DNA of 33,963 nucleotides. Origin: a virus (taxonomy: Duplodnaviria > Caudoviricetes). Position numbers and translations under genes: made by a program. Where the stretch lies: positions 1 through 33,963 of IMG/VR virus record IMGVR_UViG_3300043184_000051. One strand, given 5' to 3'. The notes below the pieces were generated by a model. It saw only the letters and a program-made list of their open reading frames with translations. It searched no databases and had not been told where the DNA came from. Positions 32,541 through 33,963 of this stretch are shown here, piece by piece. Every line of letters begins with the position of its first letter. The first letter of the stretch is position 1.

Positions 32541-33963
32541 ATGGGCATCCGTAGGTTCGGCGGCAAGCTCCGCAAAGTCGGCGGCGCTCCGGTCGTCTAC
32601 AAAACGCGGCGACCGGCGACGACGATTGATGTCTCGGTTCTCCGTCTTTCGGCGGGGACCGGCGGCAGCTTTCTCATCACGCCAAGCGGCGGCTTTCCCA
32701 ACGATTATGTCGTCACCTTACTATCCGGGACCGATGTCAGCGTCTCGGCAAATTCGTTGGTCGTATCCGCAAGCGCCCTTTCGCAAGACATCGTCCTTCA
32801 GGTAACGAACAACAACAGCGAAATTCCGGCCAATCCCAAAACGGCGCAGTTCACCATCCCGCTCATCGTCGGAACCGAAACCGAAGTGGCGCGCCTCAGC
32901 CTGTTCAATGAAACCGGAACGGCGCAGACCGACGCCGTTGCAAACGTCGCCGTCGGCTTTGCGCCCGGGGCGTTCGATCCGAATACGCACTTCTTGCGGG
33001 CCTATCTGGAGGGCGATGAAACCACGCCGCTGCCCTTCACCGTCGATCACCTGCACAACAAACGCTACGACGGCTCCGCCCGCTTCGCCTTCTTGACGAC
33101 GCAGCTTCCGACGCTCCCCGCCAACCCGACGGCGAAGATCATCGTCAAGCGAAACACCGGCACCCGCCCGGCGCAGACGCCGGTCACGATGGCCGAGCTT
33201 TACGCCAAGAACTACGATGTCCGCGTCACCATCAATGACGCGACCGACAACAAGCTTTCGCCCGTAGTCTACACCAGCACGCTGCGAAGCGCCCTGGAAT
33301 TCCACGCGACACAGCCGAACCCCGAAACCTCGCAGCGCTACGTCCGCTACGCGGAAACTTATATGGGGCGTCTACAAGCCACCTCCCGCCAGACGGAATT
33401 CGTCTTCCAAGACAGCCCGAAGACCGTCGGTCTCGTCGTACATAATTTCCTGCGCATCGAATATCAGATCAAACCGCAGAAAAACCGCTTCGGGCAAATC
33501 GTCGGCGCAAAGCTGCACGTCGAATTCATGAACGGCTGGCTCAGTAACACCCGCGGTTCTTCTCCCAGTAATTCCGCCGCCAACAAGTCACTTCACTTCG
33601 GCTACAAGATCGAAGTCAACGACGGCACCGGCTGGCAAACCGTCGAGGACCGTCCGATCCTGCGCCCCAACACCGGCCTTACTTTCAACACGTATGACGC
33701 CGACGGCGGTGCTGGCGTGGAGCCTCGCATTGACGCTGTAACGGTCGCCGATACGAACGTGTTTTCGTTCGCGAACAACACCTACAACGGCTACGCCATT
33801 TTCGAGGTCGGCGGTCCCGGCGTCGGCTACTTCCAAGACGCGATCAGCGCCGCCCAATCGAAGATGACCGACCGCGTCGCCTTCACCGGACAGGTCATTC
33901 CGACGTTCTCCCTGGCGGCCAACAACTGGATCATCACGCAGTTCTTGAACGTCGGTCATCACG
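32541..33963 (+). CDS. Large beta-rich virion-associated protein, partial (>474 aa; absent from the ORF track)
   Basis: The frame from ATG 32541 (MGIRRFGGKLRKVGG...) stays open to the window end by hand translation. Confidence 0.8.
   Translation, partial: MGIRRFGGKLRKVGGAPVVYKTRRPATTIDVSVLRLSAGTGGSFLITPSGGFPNDYVVTLLSGTDVSVSANSLVVSASALSQDIVLQVTNNNSEIPANPKTAQFTIPLIVGTETEVARLSLFNETGTAQTDAVANVAVGFAPGAFDPNTHFLRAYLEGDETTPLPFTVDHLHNKRYDGSARFAFLTTQLPTLPANPTAKIIVKRNTGTRPAQTPVTMAELYAKNYDVRVTINDATDNKLSPVVYTSTLRSALEFHATQPNPETSQRYVRYAETYMGRLQATSRQTEFVFQDSPKTVGLVVHNFLRIEYQIKPQKNRFGQIVGAKLHVEFMNGWLSNTRGSSPSNSAANKSLHFGYKIEVNDGTGWQTVEDRPILRPNTGLTFNTYDADGGAGVEPRIDAVTVADTNVFSFANNTYNGYAIFEVGGPGVGYFQDAISAAQSKMTDRVAFTGQVIPTFSLAANNWIITQFLNVGHH

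Larger units (their letters stand above)
1114..33963. mobile_element. Lambda-like temperate prophage, left part; right end lies outside the window
   Basis: Integrase directly after the tRNA, then xis, early genes, repressor, replication genes, terminase, portal, protease and capsid in lambdoid order. No second att copy seen in the window. Confidence 0.95.

Noticed and set aside
32721-33962. Track ORFs 32721-33305 (-), 32908-33096 (+) and 33588-33962 (-)
   Set aside because: They lie within the longer open plus-strand frame from 32541, which the track missed because it has no stop in the window.

Overview
High-GC bacterial DNA, probably alphaproteobacterial (inferred from gene content). Bases 1-1113 are host flank: the left tip of an IS3-family element, a LuxR/NarL-type regulator and tRNA-Lys(TTT). 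The rest is the left ~33 kb of a lambda-like temperate prophage, apparently integrated at the tRNA 3' end. In order it carries: integrase and excisionase; a long leftward early operon (DEDDh exonuclease, ASCH, HNH, J-domain, Rad50/SbcC-like ATPase, Cas4-like nuclease, many small ORFs); a repressor switch; a DNA-modification operon; an initiator with internal iterons plus a primase-helicase; a cos-like site; lambda-type terminase, portal, protease and capsid genes; and a head-spike/fibre module running off the right edge. The main finding is the translationally coupled cluster at 16741-19255: ParB-like protein, C5-cytosine 'methyltransferase' whose motif X reads G-R-A-V instead of G-N-A-V, a 23-codon MCGIAG remnant of an AsnB-type amidotransferase, and a CmoA-like (carboxy-SAM synthase-like) gene. 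It is best read as a DNA cytosine carboxymethylation (hypermodification) system that has lost its amidation step. Second is an RcGTA-type head spike that looks split into base, 52-aa adaptor, fibre and a large lyase-like protein. All calls come from reading motifs by eye; no searches were run.
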